Source: Oopsacas minuta
Lineage: Eukaryota > Animalia > Porifera
Assembly: GCA_024704765.1 (NCBI GenBank)
Contig: JAKMXF010000343.1
Coordinates: 911,095 to 975,094, forward strand
Direction: 5' to 3'
Length of the DNA: 64,000 bases
Notes under the pieces: model-generated
Seen by the model: only the letters and a program-made list of their open reading frames with translations
What the model was told of the DNA's origin: nothing
The model's database searches: none
Position numbers and translations under genes: made by a program
In this document: positions 11,969 to 24,088 of the stretch, piece by piece
How positions within the stretch are numbered: position 1 is the stretch's first letter
How the letters are laid out: every line of letters begins with the position of its first letter

Positions 11969-13267
11969 CAGGGTGACAAATAAGTTCTGTCCCATATGTT
12001 TGATGGAGTGTAGTTCCTTATTAAAGAACTAAATTGAACAGTCATAGTGTGAGATAAATAACAATCTATATACTTAAAGTATTCAAATGTAATCTGTACA
12101 TTCTAAACAAGCTAAAAGGTTCTAGGCAAAATGGAGAAAAATAGGGTGGCTATTGTTAATTTATATTTGCAAGGGAAAAGCCAGAGCGAAATATTGAAGA
12201 TTCTCAATCTCCTCAAGTCGCGCAGGAAATTGATATATCGTACTATTAAAAGATATAAGGACACTGGTAGTACCTCAGACAGGCAAAGAAGTGGATGTCC
12301 AACATCTGCGACCACTACCCAGGAGAGAAAGGTTATCCGTAGTCGGATTCAGCGAAATCCGCAACGTTCGATGCGAAAAATGGCGCTAGAACTCAAAATG
12401 TCAAGAGAATCGGTCTGAACAATTGTGAAGAGCGATATGGCCTATTTCCTTACAAAAAGAGGAAGGTTCACCTTATTTCAGCACTGATTAAAGAAAAGAG
12501 ACTAGCCAGGAGCAATGCCTTACTCGCCCGGTTCGCAAGTTTTGGCCTTGATGAAATTTTATCCTCGGATGAGAAATTATTCACGGTCGAGCAGGCGTAC
12601 AATCGTCAAAACGATCGAGTATTGTCCTCTTCTCTATCTTCCATACCACAAGAGTATCGATGCGTCCAAGGAGTTGAGCATCCTCAGTCAGTGATGGTTT
12701 GGGTGGGGGTGTCCGCACCCCACTGGTTTTCATCCCACCGGGCGTAAAATAAACGCAGTCATGTATTAGGAGCTCGTTTTAGACCCAATAGTGAGAGGCC
12801 TTGGTAAGACCATGTTCAATAATCGTCCATTTTTATTCCAGCAAGACGGTGCGTCATCCCACACAGCGAAAGTCAAGCAACAGTGGTTATGAAACAATAC
12901 CTCAGACTTCATCTCCAAGGAGGAATGGCCTCCTTCCAGCCCAGATCTCAACCCGATGGATTTCTCGTAGTGATCGATATTGGAGAGTAATGCATGCTCT
13001 ATTTCCCACAGGAGTATCAAGTCTCTAAAATTGTCTTTATCTCGAGAATGGGCAAAAACCCTCAGGAAAAGTTGCGTGTCGCTATCGAGTCCGTCCCCAA
13101 GCGGCTAAGAGCTGTCATCAGAAAGAAAGGGGGTTATATTGAACAATTGAACATATTATGAATCTATTTTAAGTTTGCTAAGTTATAGCATAATTTCAAG
13201 TCAATATCTTAGTTCATGGTTTAGTTATATTAAATTTTCAATGGAACTGAACTTATTTGTGACCCTA
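11969..13267 (+). mobile_element. Full-length DD37D (maT) element, inactivated
   Basis: TIRs CAGGGTGACAAATAAGTTC / GAACTTATTTGTGACCCTA; TA TSD. ORF 12131-12418 (paired-like HTH, RSGCP), SSDEKLF, FQQDGASSH and WPPSSPDLNPMDF; stops and frameshifts. Confidence 0.92.
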
Positions 13268-13386
13268 TATAATCTATTTCGAAATGTCCATTGAATGACG
13301 ACTTCTCTTTATAAGATATCCAATAAAATGGACACCAGTCTCATCCACAAATTCCACTGGTGTATCACTAGGAATAATTAGATCGC

Positions 13387-15717
13387 CAGGGTGACCAGAT
13401 GTCTTCGTTATAAAAAAAGAACACTTTTCTATGGTATACAGTGTATACGTAAATCACTGAACATTGAACGATAACCGTATATAATAATCTATGAAATTTA
13501 ATTCTAGATCAATAGAGTAGGGAAATAAAACAGAATTAGTAATATTTTTCATTGAGCTAATCTTCTTTAATACTGCTTGGATATTCAGTAATTTCGTGTG
13601 CATTTCTTTGCAACTCAAATTGAAATTTGTCAAAACTTTAAGGATAGAACCAACAGTAGTACCATCTAACCTGTTTCGTTCATCGCTCCATTGAACCTTA
13701 GATAAACTGAACACCCGCTCGCAACAAACGTCGATGCAGGATAGCAAAAATAATAGACACCAATTTTCTTATGCAGAAAAATCTATCTTTTGTTAAGGTA
13801 GCCAACGCTGATCCAGACTTATTGATTCGAATGATGACATAGACGATTCCGGAATGATTCGTTGAAGACAACATACTTCATCAAATAAATCGTCATTAAA
13901 GCTATTTCTGGGAACAAGAATTCAGCAGATTGTCTTACACATTGAGTAATTAATTAACTCAAGATTTTCTAATAATAACCAATCTAAATTCTGTGGTAAT
14001 CTATCCAGATGTAGCCACTTATCGAGATATTCTAATGAAATTTGATAGAATGCCTAGCATTCGGATTTGAAATTTTTGGCTTGATGAGTATTGTAGTGTT
14101 TTTTCAGTTCGATTTCGGTAAGTGCTCCCAAAAATTCACTTTTATATCTATCACGCAGAGTTAATTCTAATTTTCTGACTGTATGAATAATTTCGGGCAA
14201 CAAAAGGTTGCTTTTTTGGAGAATTACATTGGTGTTATTAAATACTTTAAGAGCACCATGCAAGAAAAGGAAATAGCATTGGGAGAGATCAGAACTAAAA
14301 AAAGTTTCTAACATCCTCGGACAGATTTCATTGGATAGAAAATAAGATTTCAAAGCTTCCCAAAGTTGCAAAATCCTCTCAATCAAGGGTATAATGTGAG
14401 CCATCTAGTTTTACCATGATTTGGAAGCTTCAAGTATTGTATCTCCAAGAAATCACAAAATTCAATTAAATTTTGGTGTCGTTGAAGTACTCCACTTCTT
14501 TCTCCCGAAAAGAAAGAGGAAATCTTTACAAGAATTGATTCGACGTCTACAGATAGACCCCGTTCTGCGGCAATCTGAGCAGATTTATGTACAAGGTGTG
14601 ATGGACACCCCAAAGGAATTAACCTGGGATTAATCTGTTTTAACTTTGTAAAAACATTCTCACCTTCTGATCAGTTAGCACCACCGAAGTTAACAGGTGC
14701 ATTATCCGCACAAAATGCTATCATGTTCTCTGTATTAATTGATAATTCGAATTAACCTCCAAAAGCATGTCTGTAACCTGTTGAGCTTTTTCACCTTCTA
14801 GATGAATAAATCCAAGAGCTTATCCTGAATGCCGTCTTGGTTGAAATAGCGTATAATAACAGGAAATGTCTTTAATTCAGCATGACTTGAAGCATCAGTT
14901 GATAATGAAAATTTTATACCGGATTTTAATTCAACTAATAGCTCTTCAATGCTTAGAGGTGCTAAAACGCCAGTTAAAATGCTTTCAGTTTTGGTTCTAG
15001 CAGAATGAAAGTTCTTGGCAATTTCAGAATCAGAAACACACACTGAGAGCAAGCGAGATGTGCAAACCATTATCCTGAAGGAATGGTGGTACTTTACAGT
15101 ATGAAATGCAAACGCACCCTCTGCTGCAGCAATCTTTAAACTAATTGGAGAATTTTGATCTCTAATAAATACTCCGATGGTGTGTGTGGTGCATATGTCA
15201 TGTTCACAAGACACGTGCTTTGTTGAACATAGATGCTGTTTAATCGAACAAATTCCGCCATGTCGATATTAACGTCTGTATTACAAATACGGCAGTACGC
15301 GAAATTGGCACCTTTGTTACTAGATTTGATAAATTGATATTGCTCTGTGAGATTTTCTTGGTAAATACATTTTCTTTCCGCCATACAGACAATTGCTAAA
15401 AAGAATAAGAGTAAAAGTTCTTAGAAATTTTTTCAAAATGGACAAACAATGTAGGGAAAATAATATTATCCAATATGTAATAAAGTATGTAAGAATAATC
15501 AACCCGACTTATGAATTATGGTGATTCTGAAGAGAGAATCAATAAGGGTATACAATAAGTTACAATCCACTCTATGTATTCCTTGTTAATTAAAGAGTCA
15601 TTAAAATCTAGAGTAAAAAAAAGACAAAAAAGAACAAAAAAGGACAGATTGAAAAATAAGGACAGGTTGTCCAAAAACAGGACTGTCCTTCGTAAAAAAG
15701 GACGTCTGGTCACCCTG
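13387..15717 (-). mobile_element. hAT-superfamily transposon with a fragmented transposase
   Basis: TIRs CAGGGTGACCAGATGTC / GACGTCTGGTCACCCTG. BED-like CRIC, STDASSH (D1), GCPSHLVH (CxxH), KTRWL and CERVFSL motifs in ORFs 13454-15384. Flanks AGATCGC / ATATCGC. Confidence 0.9.
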
Positions 15718-15772
15718 ATATCGCCCATCATATATTCTTTAATTGATATATCATATTTCAGTAACACATTAT

Positions 15773-16704
15773 CACAGTGTGGAAAAAATGGCGATTATGG
15801 GGTAATAGGTACTTACACTGAAGATACATGTTAAATTGTTGTAATAGATAGTAAACCGACTCTGTAGATTTCAAAAATGGAACCAGACTTTTAGTTGCAC
15901 TTCTGGAAATGGGACTATGACGTAATCTGTGGTATTTTGATTTAATTAATAATTATGGTTCAAGAATGTATGAGTTCTAATTTTTTGAGTGTTTCATATC
16001 AGCCAGCCCTATTTATTGATAAATTTAAATAACAATGCATATACTGGATTCAATTCTGCATTGGATACTTCATAAAATGATACTAATTAATTAGAAATAC
16101 AGTAATTATCAATTGTATAATGAAAATGAAAATTTTTCTGAAAATACATTTCATCCGAATCTGTGTGAACTATACACTCAATGTCCAGAAAAGTATGAAT
16201 ATGCGCCTTTGGGCGGGCCTAGAAATTATTGAGAATCAAGATGAGAAAGATATATTATGCGAGATTGTCGACTATCCAATTCGCAATTATATATATGCAT
16301 TGTAAGATCGGGGACTTAAAATGTAGCTCAAGGAGCTGAAATATGAATAAAAATAAACTGATAAAACTACTTGAGAATGAAAAAATAAATAAATTTATTC
16401 TGCAAACGAGTTAAAATTAATCACATACGAATACTGATAGATCCCATTGAATTACAGAAAATCCAGTGATGCAAAAAATATCGCAAGTGTATTTGAAGAA
16501 ATCGCAAGGGTATTTGATTTGTGGTTTTCAGGTTTTCAAATTTCAAATTTTAGCTAAAGATTAAGACTTTGGTTAGACATGTTATAAGTTCATTAACTAA
16601 TAGTATATTTCTAGGTTGGAAATAATGTAAAATCGAATGCAGACATGAATTTTGGTAAATAGCGAAGTCAAATTTCACCTATTACCGCAATATTCCAAAC
16701 TGTG
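15773..16704. mobile_element. Non-autonomous Transib/RAG-like element (CACAGT termini, 5-bp TSD)
   Basis: Left end CACAGTGTGGAA...GGTAATAGG; right end (reverse complement) CACAGTTTGGAA...GGTAATAGG. Flanks ATTAT / ATTAG (4/5). Confidence 0.6.
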
Positions 16705-16730
16705 ATTAGTCTGTTTATTAGAACCATAGC

Positions 16731-16818
16731 TAGGGCGTAACTAACTTTGAGTCAGAGGAAGCAGATGCTTCCTCGCTTGTTAGGGCGTTGCCTCATCCTC
16801 CTATTGTAATCGCCACTA
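16731..16818. mobile_element. Small hAT-like MITE with an internal perfect hairpin
   Basis: TAGGGCGTAAC ... GTAATCGCCACTA termini; GAGGAAGCA-GA-TGCTTCCTC palindrome. Confidence 0.45.
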
Positions 16819-17950
16819 TATGAAGGCAAATATCCATTCTTGCCTCCTCGCTCTTGGAACTCTACCTACCCCAGCATAGACAGACCCTTTTAAATAATGA
16901 CTGTAGGCGCTTAAACTCGAGTCTTGAAACTTGGGTCCATTTTTAAATATTTGAAGTACTATATTTCAAAAGTGTCACCTTTTTGTCCGAATAAATGTAT
17001 TACATATATAAAGAAATGATTTTGTCGAAACGTTTGAAATTTTGGGCGTAAATGTGTTCACCATTGAAACACCGTAGAACGATAAATACCACAGATAAAA
17101 TTACAGAATCCATACGCAATGATCTAATGATATTTTTCTACAAAATATTCAAATTTGACATGTTAAAGTTTGCAAATTCATGAGGTACCATGGATGGGGT
17201 ATTTAATAATAATACAGCTTAACTCAAAGATTTTAAATGTTTCGCCAAATAGGTCAGTCCAATGCCTTGTATATGGCCGACAACCTATTCCTTAATAATA
17301 CATTTTGATATAATATCTCTACTCACTATGACGTAATCTATATTGTACCCATTTGTGGTCATATTCAAATTTCGTCATAGGAAGTAGAGATATCATATCA
17401 AAATGTATTATTACAATGCCAGTAGAAACTAGATTGGAGTCCCAATTCTTAATGTTCGAAAGTATCATTAACCTCTCCAATCATATTGATTTATCGCTAT
17501 TGGCCTAATAGTAAATATCCCTTGCGCCAGGGTGAGTTGTCAATAATTAAAGACTATGTGCAATATTGAATCATTAAGAAACTTGAATATATTTCGTTAA
17601 TCTGGCGAATTTGGAACGGTTGTTAAGGTTTACACTTCTATTAGGTAGACGGCGGAAGCAATCGTTGAGAAATCGCAGAGTAGTGATCTCGGCAACCAGC
17701 TTTCATCGATATTAATGAGCAGATTCAGTCATATGTTAATAGAATGTACAGATGTATTTAGGCTCTATGCTATATCAACTTATCTGGATCCCAGAAATTC
17801 ACCATGTAAGATTAGATTAGATTAGAAGCCTAAATTTTAGGAAGATAGTCCATTCACATTACGTAATCTTACACGGGGTCCTCCACCCAATAATAAATAC
17901 AAATAGAGAGAGCAACACAACATCAAAATAATATCAAATAAGCAGAGTTA

Positions 17951-19283
17951 CAGTATGTCCCATAAAAATCTGGAAATTGGCCAATTATCTTACATCTAGC
18001 ATTTTATGAGTTTGATAGTTTGTATTAGACATATCTACTTAAAATTTTATATTCCATTAAGTCATGTTTTCATTGGGAATACATTTCTCTTATATTATAA
18101 AAAATTTTTGCGCATATTTATTGTTGCATCATCATGACACAAACACTTTTTGCTATAATCATTTATATCTGTATTTTCATTCTGATTTAATAGCATTTAT
18201 TATTCACCATGTGTCAGACTGAGAAAAGGAAACACGCAATTATACTTCTAAAGGGGAATAAACGCTCAGTTAAGGAAATATCTAGAATTGTAGGGGTCTC
18301 ATTATCAACGGTTTAGAACCTAAAATCCCGAATAAGTGAATGTTTGCCAATTGAACGAAAAAAAGGGAATGGGAGGCCAGGGAAATTACTCCCATTAATA
18401 ACAAACAGTATCGCACAACAAATTCGGAGAACCCCTTACATTTCTCTTAGAGCTATGGCAAATAAGTGTCCAGTTACCACCTCAAAGAATACGGTTGCAC
18501 GTGCTTTGAAGAAGCTAAGGTATACGAAGCCCTACCCTAGCCCCATTCCTCTACTATCTGAGAAAAATCGTATATCACGAATTGAATGGGCAGAGAAAAA
18601 TCTTAGTAATGATTGGCAACATGCTATATCCGCCGATGAGGCTTCGATTTGGATCGCACGTGGGAGAATTCGCATGTGGACCAAGGAAGGTACTGAGAGG
18701 CTGCGAACAACAGTGAAACATACCCAAAAAGTCAACATTTGTGCAGCTTTTTCGTCTGTAGGAACGTTTCCACTATGTATTTTCCAAGAAATACTCACAG
18801 CAGCTCTCTTTGTGAATATACTAGAGGGGCACTTGATACACAAGCAACTGTTTTTCATGGGTCTGAGTGGTTTTTGGTACAGGATAACGACCCAAAACAC
18901 ACAGCTAAACTAACCAAGGCATGGATTGACAAAAATATGAAACAAAACAGAATAGACTGGCCAAGTCAAATTCCAGATGTTAACTCTATTGAAACTTGTT
19001 CGCCTGGATTAAGTTAGAACTAATCAAACGCAACCCTAAAAATATTCGAGACCTCAAATTACAACTATTGAAAATTTGGGCTGGGATAGATGCAGATTTT
19101 CTTCGACCTTATTGGGCTTCCATGCCCAAAAGATGTCAGCTGATTCAGGAAAGTAGCGGTTATAAGATAAAATACTGAAGAACTACTAAATTACTTTAGA
19201 TATTTCGGAAAACATTGGAAAATCTTCGATAATAATATTCTTTGAAATGATTTACCTATTCCAGTTTTTTATGGGACACACTG
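17951..19283 (+). mobile_element. Full-length Tc1 element (DD35E spacing in this copy), frameshifted
   Basis: TIRs CAGTATGTCCCATAAAAA / TTTTTATGGGACACACTG; TA TSD. ISADEAS, then QDNDPKH...WPSQIPDVNSIE with 35 residues between D and E. ORFs 18344-18913, 18739-19017, 18996-19178. Confidence 0.92.
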
Positions 19284-21312
19284 TAGGTTACAAATATAAA
19301 ATATAAGCAAATCAGATAAGGCAAGTGTTGGAAGGTTGTGTACTGTGTAACCAGTGAAGGTGAGTCTGAGAGTAAGAAAATTGACATTTGAATGAAAATT
19401 TGATGATTTAAAGATTATCTCAATTATATAGGAAGAGAGAAATAATAGGCAAACAGAGGAAGGATAGGAATTAAGTGTTAGAGTTGGAGAAAATATTGAA
19501 ATGCGAGTCTTTAAATAATGTAATAGAAGAGGCAAGTTTAACTGAGAGAGGAATGGAATTAAAACTATAACAGCATTGTAGGGCTGCGAACTTGATTTCA
19601 ATAAATTTATCAGTAAACACATTAGTCCAATTACTTAATAAGGACATTTACCATTTGAATTGTGTATACAAATACCATCCAATTCAGCTATTCAAAGATA
19701 AAACTCTCCAGATTCAATATTACACACATTCAAATTACACTTTGGCTTAACAAGAGATGGGAATAGACAAATCAATGCGCTATTTCATTATAAATATATA
19801 ACGTATATGGGAAAATATTATTAATTACCTTGTTAGTGATGTGTCCTGGATTAATCCCAATATTAGAAGAGAATAGATGACAGAAGCCGGGCGAATAGAA
19901 AATAGTACCTCGAAATAAGTAGTCGAGTTTAGAGAGAAACAAATGTTACGGAAGAGGATTTGAGGAGTGAGTGCAGGTCGATAAGAGCAGGCCACTGTCA
20001 CAGTTTAAGAAAATATGATTAAGGTGAATATATGAATTAGCAGATTTGAACCATCTATTAGATTGACTCAAATCACAGTTACTAATCGGTATATATATTT
20101 ACAAGTATGGACAAACAAATAATGAGTGGTGTCAAGAGAGATAATTTTTCAAGCACGTAGAATGACGAGATTTAAAGCTAGCCTTGCACTGAACGATTTT
20201 AGACATAACATCCTTCCAGTAAGATTTTCGGATTAAGCATATAAGGTTGCGGGAGGCTCCTTTTGAGCCAACATTATTAGGATCTAGTTGGTCGCCATGG
20301 GGCCTCAAAGGGGATTCATAGCATTTTATACACTATGGCAATGGCACACTATTAAATTCTGAACCATGTATAGCAATTACCCTGGGACTATTCCGATCGA
20401 TATCATGATGAGTTAAACTTATAATGATTTATAAGCAAATTATTCATATACTCATTATAGAAAATATTTTGAAGAATCTTATTAAACTGATAACTAAGAT
20501 ATTCACATAATCAATATATGAGTGAAAATCATCAGAAATCTCCGCGTACAATGCTTGGAGATTGATATCTTCAGCTTTAGGATCAGGAAATAGATCCTAT
20601 GGTGCAAACACATCAAGATATACATGTGAATATTCGATTATTTCTTACATTCTGCCGAAAAAAAGTGATTAGACATAGAAATTTAGTACACACATATTGA
20701 CCAACTATACTTACTGAAAGAAATTTTCTATAACATTCATAATGTCTTCAAAGTATTATCACTCACTCAATTCACCTATCTATACATCAATACTCAATTC
20801 AATATCTAGTTTCACATTGTATCTGCTCTATTCTACCTCTAGTTTCACTATTATCTGAATCTACATCTAGAATATCTGACATCCTAGAACAAAGTTTGCT
20901 TATTCCGATAAAAATCAATATTCAATATCGGATACCGACAATTCGCACCTAATTTAATATGATATTAGTTAATTAATTTAATCAAAGTACACGTTAATAA
21001 TCAATTTTCTAATAATTATTTCTGCACACGGAAAGTCTTAATTGGATAAATAATTCTAATTTTAGATGACATGACTCCATGAATCCATTTAATGATATGA
21101 ATTCCAAATATTGTTATAGTAAGTATTAAGTAAACACACACAAAGTAAATACTCTTAGGGCTATATTTGGTAAAGAGGAATGTAGCAAACAGGGTGTGAT
21201 CACCTGTGATATTTGCAATCCTCGGACATAAATAGAAAATGATCTAGTTCTAACCCAGATTCGTTTTCTCATTACAATCATCACAATATATCTTTGAAAT
21301 TATAACTTCACA

Positions 21313-22579
21313 ATGACGGAACCTCTTGATCAGCCAACCTTTAAGCTGATCAAGTCACAAAGAGGAGGAGACAAGCTGTTGGAGGATGGATATTTATTTG
21401 GAGTGCAGAGGACAGTTGGAGATGTGACGCATTGGTTGTGTGAGCAAAGAGGGGTGTGCAAAGCTAGAGTTCATACCAAAGGGATGGTGATAGTCAAGCG
21501 CACGAATGAGCACTCCCATGGGCCTGACGAGCAGGCAGCGGACTGTTGTGAAGCGAAGGTAGGCATGAAGAGGAAAGCACGGGAGTCCCAGGATAGCACA
21601 CACCACATAGTGGGCGAGAGTCTGCTAACAGCATCAGAGGGTACTGCTGCTAAACTCCCCAAACTGGACAGCCTGAAGCGGACGATACAACACCAACGTG
21701 CTAGTGTACTTGCAGCTCCAGCACAGCCTACCACTCTAGCAGAGCTAGCTCTACCAGCAGTCTACCAGCAGACAGCCAAGGGAGAACAGTTCTTATTCTA
21801 CGACTCTGGTGCAGACGATGTACACAGATTCCTCATCTTCGGGACACAACACAACCTCGGGATGCTACGGCGAAGCAAGATCTGGCTAGCTGATGGCACC
21901 TTCACTCTTCGCCCAGGTGTATGTGGTGCATGGACTTCGTGGAGGAGATGATCCTATGAAGGCCGACCATCTGTTACCGAGCCTATTCGTGCTACTGCCC
22001 AACAAGACGGAGGCTGCCTACCTGAGGATGTGGGAACAGATCCGCCTACTGTGTCCACTTGCCCAGCCTCAACAGATGCTCCTGGACTTTGAGAAGGGCG
22101 CGATTACCAGCTTTGAGCATGTCTGGCCTAACACAGTAATGAAGTGCTGCTTCTTCCACCTCACACAGAATATCTGGCGACATGTGCAGTCTGTGGGGCT
22201 GTAGTCTGCCTACACGCATGACGAAGAGTTGGCTATGCGCATCCCGAGGATACCAGCCCTTGCTTTTGCCCGACCAGCAGACGTACCCGATCTGTTTGAT
22301 CAAGTGGCAATGGACCTCCTCCTTACGCCTGAAATAGGCGAACTAGTCGACTACTTTGAGAGGACGTATATCGGCCGCACAGTTGCCAGCGGATACCATG
22401 TAGCGGCGACGTACGACATACTAACTACCTCGTTGGCAAGCCACCAACCCAAGCGAAGGCGGTCCCAACAGAGTGAGGAAGCGTTGAAGACTCTAGTTCA
22501 TGAATATTATTCTCCAGATCGTTCTAAAATGGAGTTCTTGCAGGGTGTAGCACATTATTTCAGCCTAGGAGCCGATTAA
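21313..22579 (+). pseudogene. FLYWCH-MULE transposase pseudogene (left arm)
   Basis: FLYWCH motif (THWLCEQRGVCKARVH), WLADGTF, LLDFEKGA and CCFFHLTQ. Frameshift after DGTF, stop after VGL, and a 169-bp deletion that removes RTTNAVEAWH. Confidence 0.92.
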
Positions 22580-23975
22580 CATGTTAATCTAAAGGATTAT
22601 CTCTAATCGATGTATTTGAGGGCTAGATAATCCTTTAGATTAACATGTTAATCGGCTCCCAGGCTGAAATAATGTGCTACACCCTGCAAGAACTCCATTT
22701 TAGAACGATCTGGAGAATAATATTCATGAACTAGAGTCTTCAACGCTTCCTCACTCTGTTGGGACCGCCTTCGCTTGGGTTGGTGGCTTGCCAACGAGGT
22801 AGTTAGTATGTCGTACCTCCACTAGGCCCTGCTCACGCTTGAGGGCTAGGATGAACTTCCATATGGTAGGGTGATGGCAGCCGACAGTGGCATTGAAGCT
22901 GCGGTGCCATGCCTCTACGGCGTTGGTTGTACGGGGGAGTCCTAAGAGCGTGCTGATGTGGTTGTTCCACAGGTGAATAGGGTACGTCGCCGCTACATGG
23001 TATCCGCTGGCAACTGTGCGGCCGATATACGTCCTCTCAAAGTAGTCGACTAGTTCGCCTATTTCAGGCGTAAGGAGGAGGTCCATTGCCACTTGATCAA
23101 ACAGATCGGGTACGTCTGCTGGTCGGGCAAAAGCAAGGGCTGGTATCCTCGGGATGCGCATAGCCAACTCTTCGTCATGCGTGTAGGCAGACTACAGCCC
23201 CACAGACTGCACATGTCGCCAGATATTCTGTGTGAGGTGGAAGAAGCAGCACTTCATTACTGTGTTAGGCCAGACATGCTCAAAGCTGGTAATCGCGCCC
23301 TTCTCAAAGTCCAGGAGCATCTGTTGAGGCTGGGCAAGTGGACACAGTAGGCGGATCTGTTCCCACATCCTCAGGTAGGCAGCCTCCGTCTTGTTGGGCA
23401 GTAGCACGAATAGGCTCGGTAACAGATGGTCGGCCTTCATAGGATCATCTCCTCCACGAAGTCCATGCACCACATACACCTGGGCGAAGAGTGAAGGTGC
23501 CATCAGCTAGCCAGATCTTGCTTCGCCGTAGCATCCCGAGGTTGTGTTGTGTCCCGAAGATGAGGAATCTGTGTACATCGTCTGCACCAGAGTCGTAGAA
23601 TAAGAACTGTTCTCCCTTGGCTGTCTGCTGGTAGACTGCTGGTAGAGCTAGCTCTGCTAGAGTGGTAGGCTGTGCTGGAGCTGCAAGTACACTAGCACGT
23701 TGGTGTTGTATCGTCCGCTTCAGGCTGTCCAGTTTGGGGAGTTTAGCAGCAGTACCCTCTGATGCTGTTAGCAGACTCTCGCCCACTATGTGGTGTGTGC
23801 TATCCTGGGACTCCCGTGCTTTCCTCTTCATGCCTACCTTCGCTTCACAACAGTCCGCTGCCTGCTCGTCAGGCCCATGGGAGTGCTCATTCGTGCGCTT
23901 GACTATCACCCCCTTTGGTATGAACTCTAGCTTTGCACACCCCTCTTTGCTCACACAACCAATGCGTCACATCTC
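21419..23975. repeat. Long near-perfect palindrome: arms 21419-22602 and 22625-23975, 22-nt spacer
   Basis: Direct reverse-complement comparison. Differences noted: 169-bp deletion in the left arm, 2-bp indel (GGGATGGTG vs GGGGGTG), and one A/G substitution near 22567/22660. Confidence 0.95.
22638..23975 (-). pseudogene. FLYWCH-MULE transposase pseudogene (right arm, inverted copy lacking the N-terminus)
   Basis: ORFs 23445-23954, 23192-23503 and 22751-23167 match the left arm and share its frameshift and stop; retains RTTNAVEAWHRSFN. Confidence 0.92.
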
Positions 23976-24088
23976 TTTCTCTTCTCACTCCACTCCTCTC
24001 CTCTCCTCTCTTCTCCTCTCCTCTCCTCTCCTCTCCTCTCCTCTCCTCTCCTCTCCTCTCCTCTCCTCTCCTCTCCTCTATCCTCTCC
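23976..24088. repeat. (CTCCT)n polypyrimidine microsatellite, ~20 units
   Basis: Seen directly; abuts the distal end of the right palindrome arm. Confidence 0.97.

Noticed and set aside
20330-20395. Integrase-like PRVIAIHGSEFNS on the minus strand
   Set aside because: Similar DNA occurs at ~5860-5930 in non-coding repeat context; no other integrase motifs nearby.
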